The notes below the pieces were generated by a model. It was not told where the DNA came from. It saw only the letters and a list, made by a program, of their open reading frames with translations, and made no database searches. DNA of 64,000 bases, taken from assembly GCA_001773135.1 (NCBI GenBank), contig MEVX01000006.1, positions 26,515 to 90,514 of the forward strand. Direction: 5' to 3'. This DNA is from a candidate division WWE3 bacterium RIFOXYB1_FULL_43_24. GTDB taxonomy: Bacteria; Patescibacteriota; WWE3; UBA101185; UBA10185. Of this stretch, positions 38,408 through 48,123 are shown piece after piece; position 1 is the stretch's first letter; each line of letters opens with the position of its first letter. The translations under genes and the position numbers were made by a program.

Positions 38408-39500
38408 ATCCCACTATTACGGTAATATCGGACCTATCTACTTCGTTTTCATTAAACTTTTGCGCCTCAGTTTTTGAGATAATATTTTGTATTCCCAACA
38501 CCCTGCTCAAGTAAGTTAATGTAGCAGAATCCCGAATATCCGTAGCTATGTAACTTGTATCGTATAAGGTGGAGGCGTTTGAAACCGCCACTACCCTACC
38601 ACCGGAGTTCGTTACCAAACGCGATCCGAACAAAGCTACGCCCGGGTAATCCGTGCCGTTTAGAATTGCAACACTCAACTCTTCCTGTGAAATATTTCCG
38701 TCAAAATTCATGTTGGCTATCTGGTTATCCAGGTTTCCACTGTCATTTATGTCTTCCTGCGTAACCGAGTATGTGGAGATTGTATCTTTTGTCAAACTGC
38801 CGGAAAATTTAACGAGGGAGTAAAACTCATTTATACTCAGGTTGCTTATTGTATATTTCTTAAGTTCCGAAGCTACGCTTAGATTCAATATTTCCGACAG
38901 TCCTCGGCCTTTAAAAGAGTCTAATAAAGTTTCTGCCAGGTCTTCGTTTACTAAAATGTACCTGTCTATAGAAAATCCGAATATCCTCATCACCGTATTG
39001 TTCACCGATCTTATGCCGTCTTCAGTAACATTCGTGGAGTTCAACGCCCCGAGAGCAAAGACCTTTGAAATCTCCTCCTCACCAAATTTTCCTGTCATAT
39101 CAACTTTGGTGCTTAGAGGAATATCAAAAATACTTATTTTTTCATCGTTTTTATCGAAAATAATGTACTTTAAGCCTTTAAGAATGACGGGGTCGGCGTT
39201 AATATCCTCAACTTCTATAAACGACAACGTCACGATTTTACTGTCAGTAATGGAATAAGAGGTAACTGAAGAGGCTGAAGCAAATGTCTGGTTTAAATAC
39301 TTGTAGATAGAATACCCTGCCAAAAAAACAAAAGCTGATAGAAAAACTGCGCCGCCAATAGCCATCTGCGAAAAATACTTTTTAGTACCCCTGTTTATCA
39401 GTTTCTTCTTACCTGTTGTGGAATTAGTTTTCTTATTAATTGGTTTAGAAGAACTCCTCTTACGAATGGGAGCCTTCCTTTGGGCAGGTACAGATCTCAT
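38382..39500 (-). CDS. LCP/LytR-related protein with LytR C-terminal domain
   Basis: Basic N-terminus, TM, C-terminal ILNGTDYPGVA...DITVIVGFD. Confidence 0.78.
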   Translation of the reverse strand: MRSVPAQRKAPIRKRSSSKPINKKTNSTTGKKKLINRGTKKYFSQMAIGGAVFLSAFVFLAGYSIYKYLNQTFASASSVTSYSITDSKIVTLSFIEVEDINADPVILKGLKYIIFDKNDEKISIFDIPLSTKVDMTGKFGEEEISKVFALGALNSTNVTEDGIRSVNNTVMRIFGFSIDRYILVNEDLAETLLDSFKGRGLSEILNLSVASELKKYTISNLSINEFYSLVKFSGSLTKDTISTYSVTQEDINDSGNLDNQIANMNFDGNISQEELSVAILNGTDYPGVALFGSRLVTNSGGRVVAVSNASTLYDTSYIATDIRDSATLTYLSRVLGIQNIISKTEAQKFNENEVDRSDITVIVGFDTADSLY

Positions 39501-39516
39501 ATATGTTCATACATTA

Positions 39517-40245
39517 CTATATTTTTGAAGTGAATGGAAGATATTCCGTGGGTAAAGGCGACTCAAATTGTATAAATTCATGTAAATGAGGGTCAAAGAA
39601 CCTTATTTTGGTCGCATGCAGCATCATCCTCCCAAAGGCCTCTTCGCCAATTGTGAGTAAATTTCTTGGACAATAAATTGGGTCCCCGGCAATATACAAC
39701 AAAGCGGCTGCCAAATGTACCCTTATCTGGTGTGTACGTCCGGTTGACGGAATTACCTGAAGGTATGAAAATCGGTTTCCGGCAATTTCAACCTCATTTA
39801 CCTTTCTTACAAATGTGTGTGCTTCTTTACCTCCTGCCACTATCGCCATCTTCATAGGGTCTCTGGGGTTTCTTTTGATGGGTGCGTCGATTTCCATAGT
39901 GCCTTCCTCAGGGCTTCCGTGAACAATAGCTGCGTACTCCTTCTCTACCTGACGTTCTTTGAACTGGTTTAGCACGATTTCAAAAAATTCTGCGTTTTTT
40001 GCAACCAGCAAAATCCCCGAAGTGTCCTTATCCAGTCTATGCGCTATACCGGAACGCGCAGTAAAATCGGAGGGACTAACCTCTTCCGAGTCTACATCTC
40101 CTGCAACCGGACTTCTCTCCTCTATCATATCCTGCAAAGTGATACCTTTGGCCGTATTTGAGCGGTTAACTACTAAGCCAGCCGGTTTGTCGATTACCAG
40201 ATAATCATCGGTCTCGTGAATTATGTTTATTTTTTGATCTTCCAC
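39517..40245 (-). CDS. rluD: RluA/RluD-family pseudouridine synthase
   Basis: IDKPAG, HRLDKDTSG, TGRTHQIRVH, LHA; no S4 domain. Confidence 0.9.
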   Translation of the reverse strand: MEDQKINIIHETDDYLVIDKPAGLVVNRSNTAKGITLQDMIEERSPVAGDVDSEEVSPSDFTARSGIAHRLDKDTSGILLVAKNAEFFEIVLNQFKERQVEKEYAAIVHGSPEEGTMEIDAPIKRNPRDPMKMAIVAGGKEAHTFVRKVNEVEIAGNRFSYLQVIPSTGRTHQIRVHLAAALLYIAGDPIYCPRNLLTIGEEAFGRMMLHATKIRFFDPHLHEFIQFESPLPTEYLPFTSKI

Positions 40246-40529
40246 AGTTCGTATATTAACAGAAAGGCCCCCGAAGTCACTAACAGGTCAAATAAGTTGA
40301 ATTGGAATAGCCCCAAAAAGTCGACATAATCACGCACACAGCCTGTGAAAACGCGTTCCAGGGTGTTTAAAATTCCTCCCAGAAGGATAAAGGTAATGCC
40401 GAGACGGGATGTACGGGAAACAAAGTATTTTTTACGTGCCAAATAGAAAACCGTCACAAGTACTACCAGACTTAATTGGATAGGATAAAAAATCTCGCAA
40501 TTTGGGGTTGGGGCGGATAAAAAACCCAC
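40227..40529 (-). CDS. lspA: Minimal signal peptidase II
   Basis: GGILNTLER...VRDY...FNLFD retains both catalytic Asp; dksA-like/lspA/rluD gene order. Confidence 0.7.
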   Translation of the reverse strand: MGFLSAPTPNCEIFYPIQLSLVVLVTVFYLARKKYFVSRTSRLGITFILLGGILNTLERVFTGCVRDYVDFLGLFQFNLFDLLVTSGAFLLIYELWKIKK

Positions 40530-40535
40530 AGAAGC

Positions 40536-41540
40536 TTATTCTCCGTCAGCGTGCTCTAGACAGGTAGTAGCTTGGGGGTAGGCTTTTAACCTGGCCTTAT
40601 CTATCGGTTCTCCGCACACCTCGCATATTCCATACTTTCCTATCTTAATAGCTGCTAAAGCCCTTTTGACTTCAATTAGCGCTGTCTGCACAATGCTCAG
40701 CTGAGCGTCGGTGACAGATTTCCTCGTATCCTCTAAGATCGCCTCGTCCATATATTCAGAATTTGAGTCAGTCCTTCCTTTCTCAAGATAAGGATCTTCT
40801 TTAATAAGATTCGCCTGTTCTTTCTGAAGTTCTTTCTCTTTTTTGACCAATTGTCTTTTAATTAATTCTACGAACTCTTTTGGTAAATTTCTTGTGTTCA
40901 TATATTTTTTACTCCTGTAATACAAATTGGATAGACCAATAATAAACAATGCTCCCGAAAAGAGCAAATAACCGGGAGACTTAAAAAATACCAATACTAT
41001 AATGCCAAGATAAAAAGCAAATAAGGAAAAGATAAGACCGGACACAAATCTGTACCCTCTAAACCTCAACACACCTAAGTAGAAAGCCAATGTGAGGACA
41101 GTAACCCATAAATGGTTTGATGAATTAGTTATTAAATACCTTCCGAGACTTATAAAAACCAGGAAAAAACCGAAAGCCAGGGAATAAATATCAAATACTC
41201 TAAATAAAGACCAACGCCTTTTACCGGAGAAGTAAAACGGCGGCAAAAAAGCTCCTAAAAGCGTTACGAAGCTTACGGTAACCTCGTAATTAACCGATAA
41301 AAGAGGGTTATTAGGCCTGTAAAGACTTACGTAGGTGTAAAGACGTCCGAAAAGATAATAGAACAGAACCGCAACAACTGTGGATACAACAACAAGGTCA
41401 AGAAATCTCTCGTCATCAAAACCGTCCTTTCGCGCTTCATACCACATCACAAAAACCCAAAACACAAAACCCATTGCTAAGACAAGGTACATTGTGGGAA
41501 AACGGACAAGGCCGAAATTGATATTTTCTGATAGTAGCAT
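40536..41540 (-). CDS. Lgt-like membrane domain fused to TraR/DksA zinc finger (start probably 41540)
   Basis: Lgt-like N-terminal TMs; C-terminal GKYGICEVCGEPIDKARLKAYPQATTCLEH. Confidence 0.75.
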   Translation of the reverse strand: MLLSENINFGLVRFPTMYLVLAMGFVFWVFVMWYEARKDGFDDERFLDLVVVSTVVAVLFYYLFGRLYTYVSLYRPNNPLLSVNYEVTVSFVTLLGAFLPPFYFSGKRRWSLFRVFDIYSLAFGFFLVFISLGRYLITNSSNHLWVTVLTLAFYLGVLRFRGYRFVSGLIFSLFAFYLGIIVLVFFKSPGYLLFSGALFIIGLSNLYYRSKKYMNTRNLPKEFVELIKRQLVKKEKELQKEQANLIKEDPYLEKGRTDSNSEYMDEAILEDTRKSVTDAQLSIVQTALIEVKRALAAIKIGKYGICEVCGEPIDKARLKAYPQATTCLEHADGE

Positions 41541-41541
41541 G

Positions 41542-42093
41542 TTAGGCTTTAGAAATATATTCTCCGGAACGTGTATCAACCTTAATTTTATCCCCGATTT
41601 TTATGAATATGGGTACTTTGACAACCGTTCCGTTAGTAAGAGTCGCTTCTTTTTGAACATTGGTAACTGTGTTTCCCTTATAACCGGGTTCTGTATACTG
41701 GATTTCGAAAACGAGGGACGCCGGAAGATCTACGGAGATTGGCCTGCCATCGAAATATTGAACTATAGCTTTCTCACCTTCTATTAAAAAATCAGCGGCT
41801 TTACCGAGAACGTCTTCCGAGATACTAAACTGTTCAAAAGTCGTAGGATCCATGAAAATGTAACTCCCGTCGTTATAGAGATACTGGGTAGTTTTAGTTT
41901 GAACATCAGCGTCCTCAACTTTCGCCGTGGCAATGTACCCTTTGTCCAAAACCTGCCCGGTAATAAGATTCCTCACACGCACTTTAACATTCGCGCTACC
42001 GCGGCTGACTTTTATATGCTCGTACTTAATAACCTGCAAAGGTTGACCGTTTTCCTGATATATTCTTCCTGTTTTCAAATCGGTTGCTATCAT
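41542..42093 (-). CDS. efp: Elongation factor P (true start 42093)
   Basis: EHIKVSRG, YLYND, FMDPTTFEQ, PGYKGNT, VPIFI, VDTRSGEY. Confidence 0.95.
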   Translation of the reverse strand: MIATDLKTGRIYQENGQPLQVIKYEHIKVSRGSANVKVRVRNLITGQVLDKGYIATAKVEDADVQTKTTQYLYNDGSYIFMDPTTFEQFSISEDVLGKAADFLIEGEKAIVQYFDGRPISVDLPASLVFEIQYTEPGYKGNTVTNVQKEATLTNGTVVKVPIFIKIGDKIKVDTRSGEYISKA

Positions 42094-42099
42094 AATAAT

Positions 42100-42186
42100 T
42101 GGTGCCGTGGGAGAGAGTCGAACTCTCACGGGATCAGATCCCAGTGGTTTTTGAGACCACCGCGTATACCATTCCGCCACCACGGC
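42100..42186 (-). tRNA. tRNA-Leu(CAA)
   Basis: Acceptor GCCGTGG/CCACGGC plus encoded ACCA; anticodon arm GTGGT-CTCAAAA-ACCAC; long variable arm; GTTCGA T-loop. Confidence 0.96.
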
Positions 42187-42323
42187 TCGAAATCAATACT
42201 ACTGCCTGGAACGCAGAATATGAGGAAGTACGGGAGTTTGCGCACCGGACAAGCCCCTTTTCCGCGCCACAACAAAGGCCCTCGAACCGCTCAATTCTAA
42301 CAATTTGAAGGCAAAAATGGAAG

Positions 42324-43685
42324 TTAATCCTGACTGTGAGATTCGACCTCGAAGAACTTCGTGAATTCGGATTTAAAGAACATATCGTACTCTCCGGTAG
42401 CACCGTTCCTGTGCTTCGCAACATTAAGCTTCAAATTTGTCCTATCTTCCTCATTTGGTCTGTATAAAAACATGACAACATCGGCGTCCTGCTCAATTGA
42501 ACCCGAATCGCGTAAATCCGACAGTTGCGGCTTCTTGTCTCCACCTCTCTGCTCAACCGCGCGGGACAACTGAGAAAGCGCCAAAACCGGGACTTTAAGT
42601 TCACGGGCAAGATTCTTTAAACCCTGAGAAATTTCGGATACTTCCTGCACCCTGCTTTCGGCTTTGGGAGCTCTGATGAGCTGCAAGTAGTCGACTATTA
42701 TTAAGTCAATTTTCTGTTCCAGCATCAATCTTCTGGCTTTTGTACGCATTTCAAGAAGGCCTATTCCGGCCGTGTCATCCACAAATATACTAGCTTCAGC
42801 CAACTCTCCTGCCGCTACACCGTATTTTTCAAAATCCTCGTCGTCAAGATTACCCGTCGCGATTTTCCAGTTATCTATGCCTGCCTGAGCAGATATCATC
42901 CTGTCAACAAGCATTTCCCTGCCCATTTCCAGCGAGAAAATGGCTATACCGCACTTTTTTTCTACAGAAGCGTATTGTGCAATATTCAGAGCAAGCGAAG
43001 TCTTACCGACTGAAGGACGCGCTGCTAAAATAATCAGGTTTTCTTTTTGCAAACCCGACAACAACCTATCTATATTTTTAAGTCCGGTCGGCACACCCCT
43101 GAGTGCTCCCCTATTTTTGCTTAGTTCATCCAGCCTTTCAAAAGTAATCTCCAGGGTATCTTTGAGCGGTATAAAGTCCTGGTACATAGCGTCCTGAGAA
43201 ACTGAGTAAACCAATTGCTCAGCTCTGTCCAAAACCTCTGCCACCTCGCGTTCATCAAAAGCCAATTCTCCGATTTCCGCGGATGCAGATATTAGCGCTC
43301 GTTTGATATAGTCATTTTTTATAAGTTTAGCGTATGCCTCGATATTGGCAGCCGTGGGAACCGAGTTTACAAGCTCGGTTAGATAAGATACACCTCCCAC
43401 CGCGGTAAGAAGATTCCTTCTCTTAAGCTCGCTGGGCACTGTTATTAGGTCAGCCGGTTCTCTTTTTTCAAAAAGCGTGAGTATGGCTTCATAAACATTT
43501 TGATGATTTTCGCGGTAAAAATGGTGGGGCCTTAAAAACTCTACAACCTTAACTATGGCGTCTTTATCCAATAAAAGAGCTCCGAGCACTGACTTTTCAG
43601 CCTGCTCGTCGTGCGGTGGGATGTGAACGCTCGGCTGCGTTGTTCGCACTCTTTCTTTTTGTTCGTTCGTTCTTTTTGCGGACAT
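42324..43685 (-). CDS. dnaB: Replicative DNA helicase
   Basis: AEKSVLG, AARPSVGKT, FSLEM, IVDYLQL, SQLSR, DLRDSGSIEQDAD, KHRNG. Confidence 0.97.
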   Translation of the reverse strand: MSAKRTNEQKERVRTTQPSVHIPPHDEQAEKSVLGALLLDKDAIVKVVEFLRPHHFYRENHQNVYEAILTLFEKREPADLITVPSELKRRNLLTAVGGVSYLTELVNSVPTAANIEAYAKLIKNDYIKRALISASAEIGELAFDEREVAEVLDRAEQLVYSVSQDAMYQDFIPLKDTLEITFERLDELSKNRGALRGVPTGLKNIDRLLSGLQKENLIILAARPSVGKTSLALNIAQYASVEKKCGIAIFSLEMGREMLVDRMISAQAGIDNWKIATGNLDDEDFEKYGVAAGELAEASIFVDDTAGIGLLEMRTKARRLMLEQKIDLIIVDYLQLIRAPKAESRVQEVSEISQGLKNLARELKVPVLALSQLSRAVEQRGGDKKPQLSDLRDSGSIEQDADVVMFLYRPNEEDRTNLKLNVAKHRNGATGEYDMFFKSEFTKFFEVESHSQD

Positions 43686-43690
43686 TTTAT

Positions 43691-44344
43691 TTAGTGGGCT
43701 GGTTTAAGTATAATCACTTCGGTATCTTCAGGTATATCACTTCCGGACGATATTTTAAGCTTTTCTTCTCTTTTAACGTTGTTCTCTATTCCCATCTCAT
43801 CCATAAATTTATCCAGTCCTTGTAAATCGTCAAATCCAACAAGATCGTCAGTTTTATAATGCATGGGTAAAACAATTCCAGGTTCCAGGGAAGAAATAAC
43901 CTGCGCAGCTTTTTCTGCATTTATGGTATAGACACCCCCGATAGGGATCATCAGCACATCTACTTTTGAAATTTTTTCTAAAAGCTCGGTATTCAGCTCA
44001 TGGCCCAAATCTCCCAAGTGCATTAAAGTAAAACCGTCTATATCTATCACGTACATAGTCTGAGTACCTCTTTCATCACCTTTTTTGTCGTCGTGAAAAG
44101 TCGGTATACCGTATATAAACGCTCCGTTAACTTCGTATTCTCCCGGACCGTCGATTAATAGCTTGTAACCTGAAACACCGGAAATGTTATAGTGGTCAAA
44201 ATGATTGTGTGTAGTAAGTAAAATATCGGCGTCCATCTTGGGTAGCTTATATCCGATTTTTGGGTCGTAGGGGTCTATAACAATTGTTAAATCTTTTTTT
44301 CCCTTAATTTTGAAACACGAATGTCCGATATACGTAATTTCCAT
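43691..44344 (-). CDS. Metallo-beta-lactamase-fold hydrolase
   Basis: GHSCF, THNHFDH, HLGDLG, PMHY. Confidence 0.9.
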   Translation of the reverse strand: MEITYIGHSCFKIKGKKDLTIVIDPYDPKIGYKLPKMDADILLTTHNHFDHYNISGVSGYKLLIDGPGEYEVNGAFIYGIPTFHDDKKGDERGTQTMYVIDIDGFTLMHLGDLGHELNTELLEKISKVDVLMIPIGGVYTINAEKAAQVISSLEPGIVLPMHYKTDDLVGFDDLQGLDKFMDEMGIENNVKREEKLKISSGSDIPEDTEVIILKPAH

Positions 44345-44466
44345 GGCTTACATCATATCAATTAAATCATTTTAAGAAAAGGCGCAGACTTTCTTCTTAT
44401 TACCGGCGATTACTTTAAACTCAGGTGTTCAGTTATGAGCGAAAGTATCATATAATCTTAAATGAT

Positions 44467-45477
44467 ATGCCCAGGAGAATACTGCCCAAATCAATATCCG
44501 GAAACTTTATAGCTGTGCAAGCCGCGTTTCTCGGAGCAAATATAATTTGGGGTGCTGCTACTGCCGTCATCAAATATACCCTTGGTTACATCCCCCCTTT
44601 TACGTTCCTGTACTTAAGATTTATGATAGTCTGCATTGTAGTTCTACCTTTAGTAGCCCACCAGCTCAAAAAGGAACCCGTTCACAGGTCCGATTACCTT
44701 AATTTTTTTCTGCTCGGGCTTTTTTCACAAACATCTCTGATACTCCCCTTTGTTGCATTAAAATTCACCTCAGCTCTAGATTATGCGATTATCGGGGTTA
44801 TGGCCTCCGTTCTGACCGTATATGCAGGTCATTACTTTTATCACGACAAAATTAATAGGGGCATAACGGCTGGAATTGTTTTGGCCAGTCTGGGAACTAT
44901 CCTGATTGTTCTTGAACCGGTTCTTTGGGGACACGACAGTAATGGTGCGGTAGCAGAAAGGGTCCTAGGCAACATTTTGGGGCTTTTTTATGCACTCACA
45001 TGGGTCGTTTACGTAATATGGGCAAAACTCAGCATGGGGGGAAAGTCCTCCAATCTAAGGAAAACCCTAAGCTTTATCAAAATCAAGCCCATGTCCAGAA
45101 AATACTCGGCTACCACCATTGTGCTAATTTCTTTTTATGTCGGACTAGTAACATTAATTCCGCTTGCAGTGCTTGAAAATATCGGCGTGACGGGCGCGAG
45201 TGCTTTTGATATTCTCAGCATCGACATAAAAGGCGTGGCCGGTCTTCTTTATATGGCTCTGTTTTCTTCAATAATCGCGTACCTGCTCAACCAGTGGGGG
45301 CTTGAGAAGGCAAAAGTGTCAGATTTTGCTATTTTCGGCTATTTGGCGCCTGTTTTTACCCTACCCTTCGCATATCTCCTTTTAGGTGAACTGCCAAACA
45401 CTTTAATGCTTATAGGAACCGCATTTATTGCCGCGGGGGTCTTAATTGCCGAAAGAAATAACATTTCCGGGCTCTAA
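44467..45477 (+). CDS. EamA/DMT family transporter (start probably 44467)
   Basis: About 10 TMs; IIWG, LYLRF, FGYLAPVF, LLLGE. Confidence 0.88.
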   Translation: MPRRILPKSISGNFIAVQAAFLGANIIWGAATAVIKYTLGYIPPFTFLYLRFMIVCIVVLPLVAHQLKKEPVHRSDYLNFFLLGLFSQTSLILPFVALKFTSALDYAIIGVMASVLTVYAGHYFYHDKINRGITAGIVLASLGTILIVLEPVLWGHDSNGAVAERVLGNILGLFYALTWVVYVIWAKLSMGGKSSNLRKTLSFIKIKPMSRKYSATTIVLISFYVGLVTLIPLAVLENIGVTGASAFDILSIDIKGVAGLLYMALFSSIIAYLLNQWGLEKAKVSDFAIFGYLAPVFTLPFAYLLLGELPNTLMLIGTAFIAAGVLIAERNNISGL

Positions 45478-45529
45478 ACGACGCTCGGGCTTGTACTCAT
45501 TTGAAAATATTGATATACTCTTTTCCGCT

Positions 45530-45856
45530 ATGAAAAAGGAAATACATCCTAAAGTTAATAAAGAATGTGTCGTAACCTGCGCCTGCGGTAACACTTTTAC
45601 GACTATGTCTACACTTCCATCTATTTCGGTGGAAATTTGTGGTGCTTGCCACCCCTTTTATACCGGTCAGAGAAGGTTTGTCGACACAGAAAAGAGAATT
45701 GACAAATTCAACAGAAAAATGATTTTGGCGGATGAAAAGAAGAAAGCTGCAGATAAAATAAAGGTTTCTAAAAAAATCCAAAAGAAAGTCTCCGGTTCAA
45801 AAGACATGAGCGTAAAAGAAATGCTTGAACACATAAAAAAAGAAGAAGGTCAGTAG
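45530..45856 (+). CDS. rpmE: 50S ribosomal protein L31, Zn-binding type (start 45530)
   Basis: MKKEIHP, CACG, CGACHPFYTG. Confidence 0.95.
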   Translation: MKKEIHPKVNKECVVTCACGNTFTTMSTLPSISVEICGACHPFYTGQRRFVDTEKRIDKFNRKMILADEKKKAADKIKVSKKIQKKVSGSKDMSVKEMLEHIKKEEGQ

Positions 45857-45974
45857 ATTACCACAAAAAGTACAATTTCCAAGAACAACAAATATGATAT
45901 TTCTGTGGCTGTAATCAATTCCGGGTGCCGTAGCTCTTCAACAACGGGCTATTCTCTGGAATAATAAAGGTGAT

Positions 45975-46910
45975 ATGGATTATTACAACGATTACATAAA
46001 AAATGAAATAGAAAAGATAGATAGCCTCATAAAAGAACACGAGGAAATGAGAGCGGGCGCTGACGAAGGTATGTTACAACTCGTAGAAGAAGAGATCTCC
46101 AAACTGAAAGAACAAAAAAGACAGCTCGAAACTCCCAAAGAGGATGAAGAAGATCCGCAGGAGGAAACCTTCGGTAATATTAACCCGAATGTTGCCACGT
46201 TAGAGATACGCTCGGGAACAGGGGGAAATGAGGCGGGGTTATTTGCTCAAGATTTATTCAGAATGTACGAACGGTACGCCGAAAAGAAAAACTGGAAAAT
46301 GACCGAGTTGTTCCGTTCGGAAAATGAAATAGGCGGCATAAAGACAATCTCAGTGGAGGTAAGAGGCACTAACGCCTACGGACTGCTAAGAAATGAGTCG
46401 GGGGTTCATCGGGTGCAGAGAGTTCCAACTACCGAATCGGGAGGACGTATACACACCTCGACAGCTACAGTTGCCGTGCTACCCAAACTTCAAAAAGTAG
46501 AGATAGAGATACACCCCGACGATTTAGTGTGGGAGTTTTTCCGTTCCGGGGGAAGCGGTGGTCAAAATGTAAACAAAGTATCCACAGCGGTGCGCCTTAT
46601 TCACAAGCCCACTGGGATTATCGTAGAGTGCCAGGAAGAGAGATCCCAGGGTAAAAACCGGGCAAAAGCTCTCGATATACTACATTCCAGAATTTACACC
46701 GAAATGCAGGAACAGCAAGTAAAAAGCATCTCTGAACTCAGGGCAGGGCAAGTGGGCGCGGGCATGAGAAATGAAAAAATCCGTACTTATAACTACCCGC
46801 AAAGTAGGGTTACGGACCACCGCGCCAATAAGTCATGGCACAACATCGGTATGATAATGGATGGAGATATAGAGGATATTCTAACTTATCTGGACACCAA
46901 GCTTAAGTAA
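45975..46910 (+). CDS. prfA: Peptide chain release factor 1 (N-terminally shortened)
   Basis: [14 protein letters not shown] (PxT) motif, [15 protein letters not shown]. Confidence 0.95.
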   Translation: MDYYNDYIKNEIEKIDSLIKEHEEMRAGADEGMLQLVEEEISKLKEQKRQLETPKEDEEDPQEETFGNINPNVATLEIRSGTGGNEAGLFAQDLFRMYERYAEKKNWKMTELFRSENEIGGIKTISVEVRGTNAYGLLRNESGVHRVQRVPTTESGGRIHTSTATVAVLPKLQKVEIEIHPDDLVWEFFRSGGSGGQNVNKVSTAVRLIHKPTGIIVECQEERSQGKNRAKALDILHSRIYTEMQEQQVKSISELRAGQVGAGMRNEKIRTYNYPQSRVTDHRANKSWHNIGMIMDGDIEDILTYLDTKLK

Positions 46911-46914
46911 CCGC

Positions 46915-48093
46915 TTATTGCAGGTTTTCGGGAGCCGCTTCAAGTTCCGCCGTAAATATTTCTTCCTTCCCTTCCCTATCGACGTAAAGTTTCAGCATGT
47001 CTCCAACTTTTGCCTTGGCGATAACCTGTGACAAGGAATTTTCTCCGTTCAAAGAAGTCTCATTTATTTTCGTAATAATATCACCTCTTAGTAAACCTGC
47101 TCTGCTGGCAGGAGACTCCGGACTGACTCTTGAAATGAACGCGCCGACCGGCATATCTCTTATTTCCGATATTTCCGGGGTAACCATTGTATAAGTGACC
47201 CCGAGATATGGTCTGACTATACGGCCTTCCTTAAGAAACCCGTCAAGAATCGGGATTAAGGTATTAACGGGTATGGCAAAACTTATATTGTCGGCTCCGA
47301 TTGAGGTAGCGACATTTATGCCGATTACCTGCCCTGAGGAGTTTACCAGGGGGCCCCCCGAATTTCCCGGATTTAAGGCAGCGTCCGTTTGAATAATGTT
47401 CTCATAAGTTTTAACCCCGCCGAACCCGCCGCCAGCCTGCAACTGTCTTGAAATACCGGAAACAACACCTACGGTAACCGTATTCTGGAATCTGCCCAAT
47501 GCGTTTCCTATGGCGATTGCCATCTGCCCTACTTTGGTGTTGTCCGAATCTGCAAATTCGACGGTAGGTAGATCGCGCGCCGTAATTTCGATGATTGCAA
47601 GATCCGAAATTTCATCCAGATGTATTTTGGTTGCTTCGTAGGTTTTCCCGTCTTTGGTCACAACTGTATATTCACCGCTCGGGTCGTCTACTACATGGCT
47701 GTTAGTAATAATTAGTCCATTCTTGTCTACAATAAACCCGGTTCCTATACCCTGATCGCTTGTGGTAGGTCCGCTGAAATAATCAAAGTTTACTGTTTTA
47801 ACAACTATCGAAACAACCGCGGGCGATACCTTGTCTACAGCGTCAATTACCGTGGATTCCTCATTCACTACTTGTTGACGTGTAACAATTCTGGAAGAAG
47901 AGTACTGGGAGCTATTTTTTTTAAATATGTTGGAGATCTTTTCCTGAAACTCCGAGAGCAACCCTGAGTCCGGGGTACTGGTCCTGCTAATTAACGAATT
48001 TTCCCCGTTAAATCTGACGTCGAGTATTAATAGTATGGAAACGAAAAAAATGAGCCACGCAATTCCGATTATGGTTCTTGAAGGTTTTTTCAT
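46915..48093 (-). CDS. htrA: HtrA/DegP-family serine protease with one PDZ
   Basis: TNSHV, DLA, GNSGGP, PDZ; N-terminal TM. Confidence 0.93.
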   Translation of the reverse strand: MKKPSRTIIGIAWLIFFVSILLILDVRFNGENSLISRTSTPDSGLLSEFQEKISNIFKKNSSQYSSSRIVTRQQVVNEESTVIDAVDKVSPAVVSIVVKTVNFDYFSGPTTSDQGIGTGFIVDKNGLIITNSHVVDDPSGEYTVVTKDGKTYEATKIHLDEISDLAIIEITARDLPTVEFADSDNTKVGQMAIAIGNALGRFQNTVTVGVVSGISRQLQAGGGFGGVKTYENIIQTDAALNPGNSGGPLVNSSGQVIGINVATSIGADNISFAIPVNTLIPILDGFLKEGRIVRPYLGVTYTMVTPEISEIRDMPVGAFISRVSPESPASRAGLLRGDIITKINETSLNGENSLSQVIAKAKVGDMLKLYVDREGKEEIFTAELEAAPENLQ

Positions 48094-48123
48094 AACATTT
48101 CCTCCTAATGGTTCAGAATTTTA

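Noticed and set aside
42094-42424. ORFs overlapping the tRNA (efp extension, 42099..42308, 42134..42424)
   Set aside because: They translate through tRNA-Leu and are spurious
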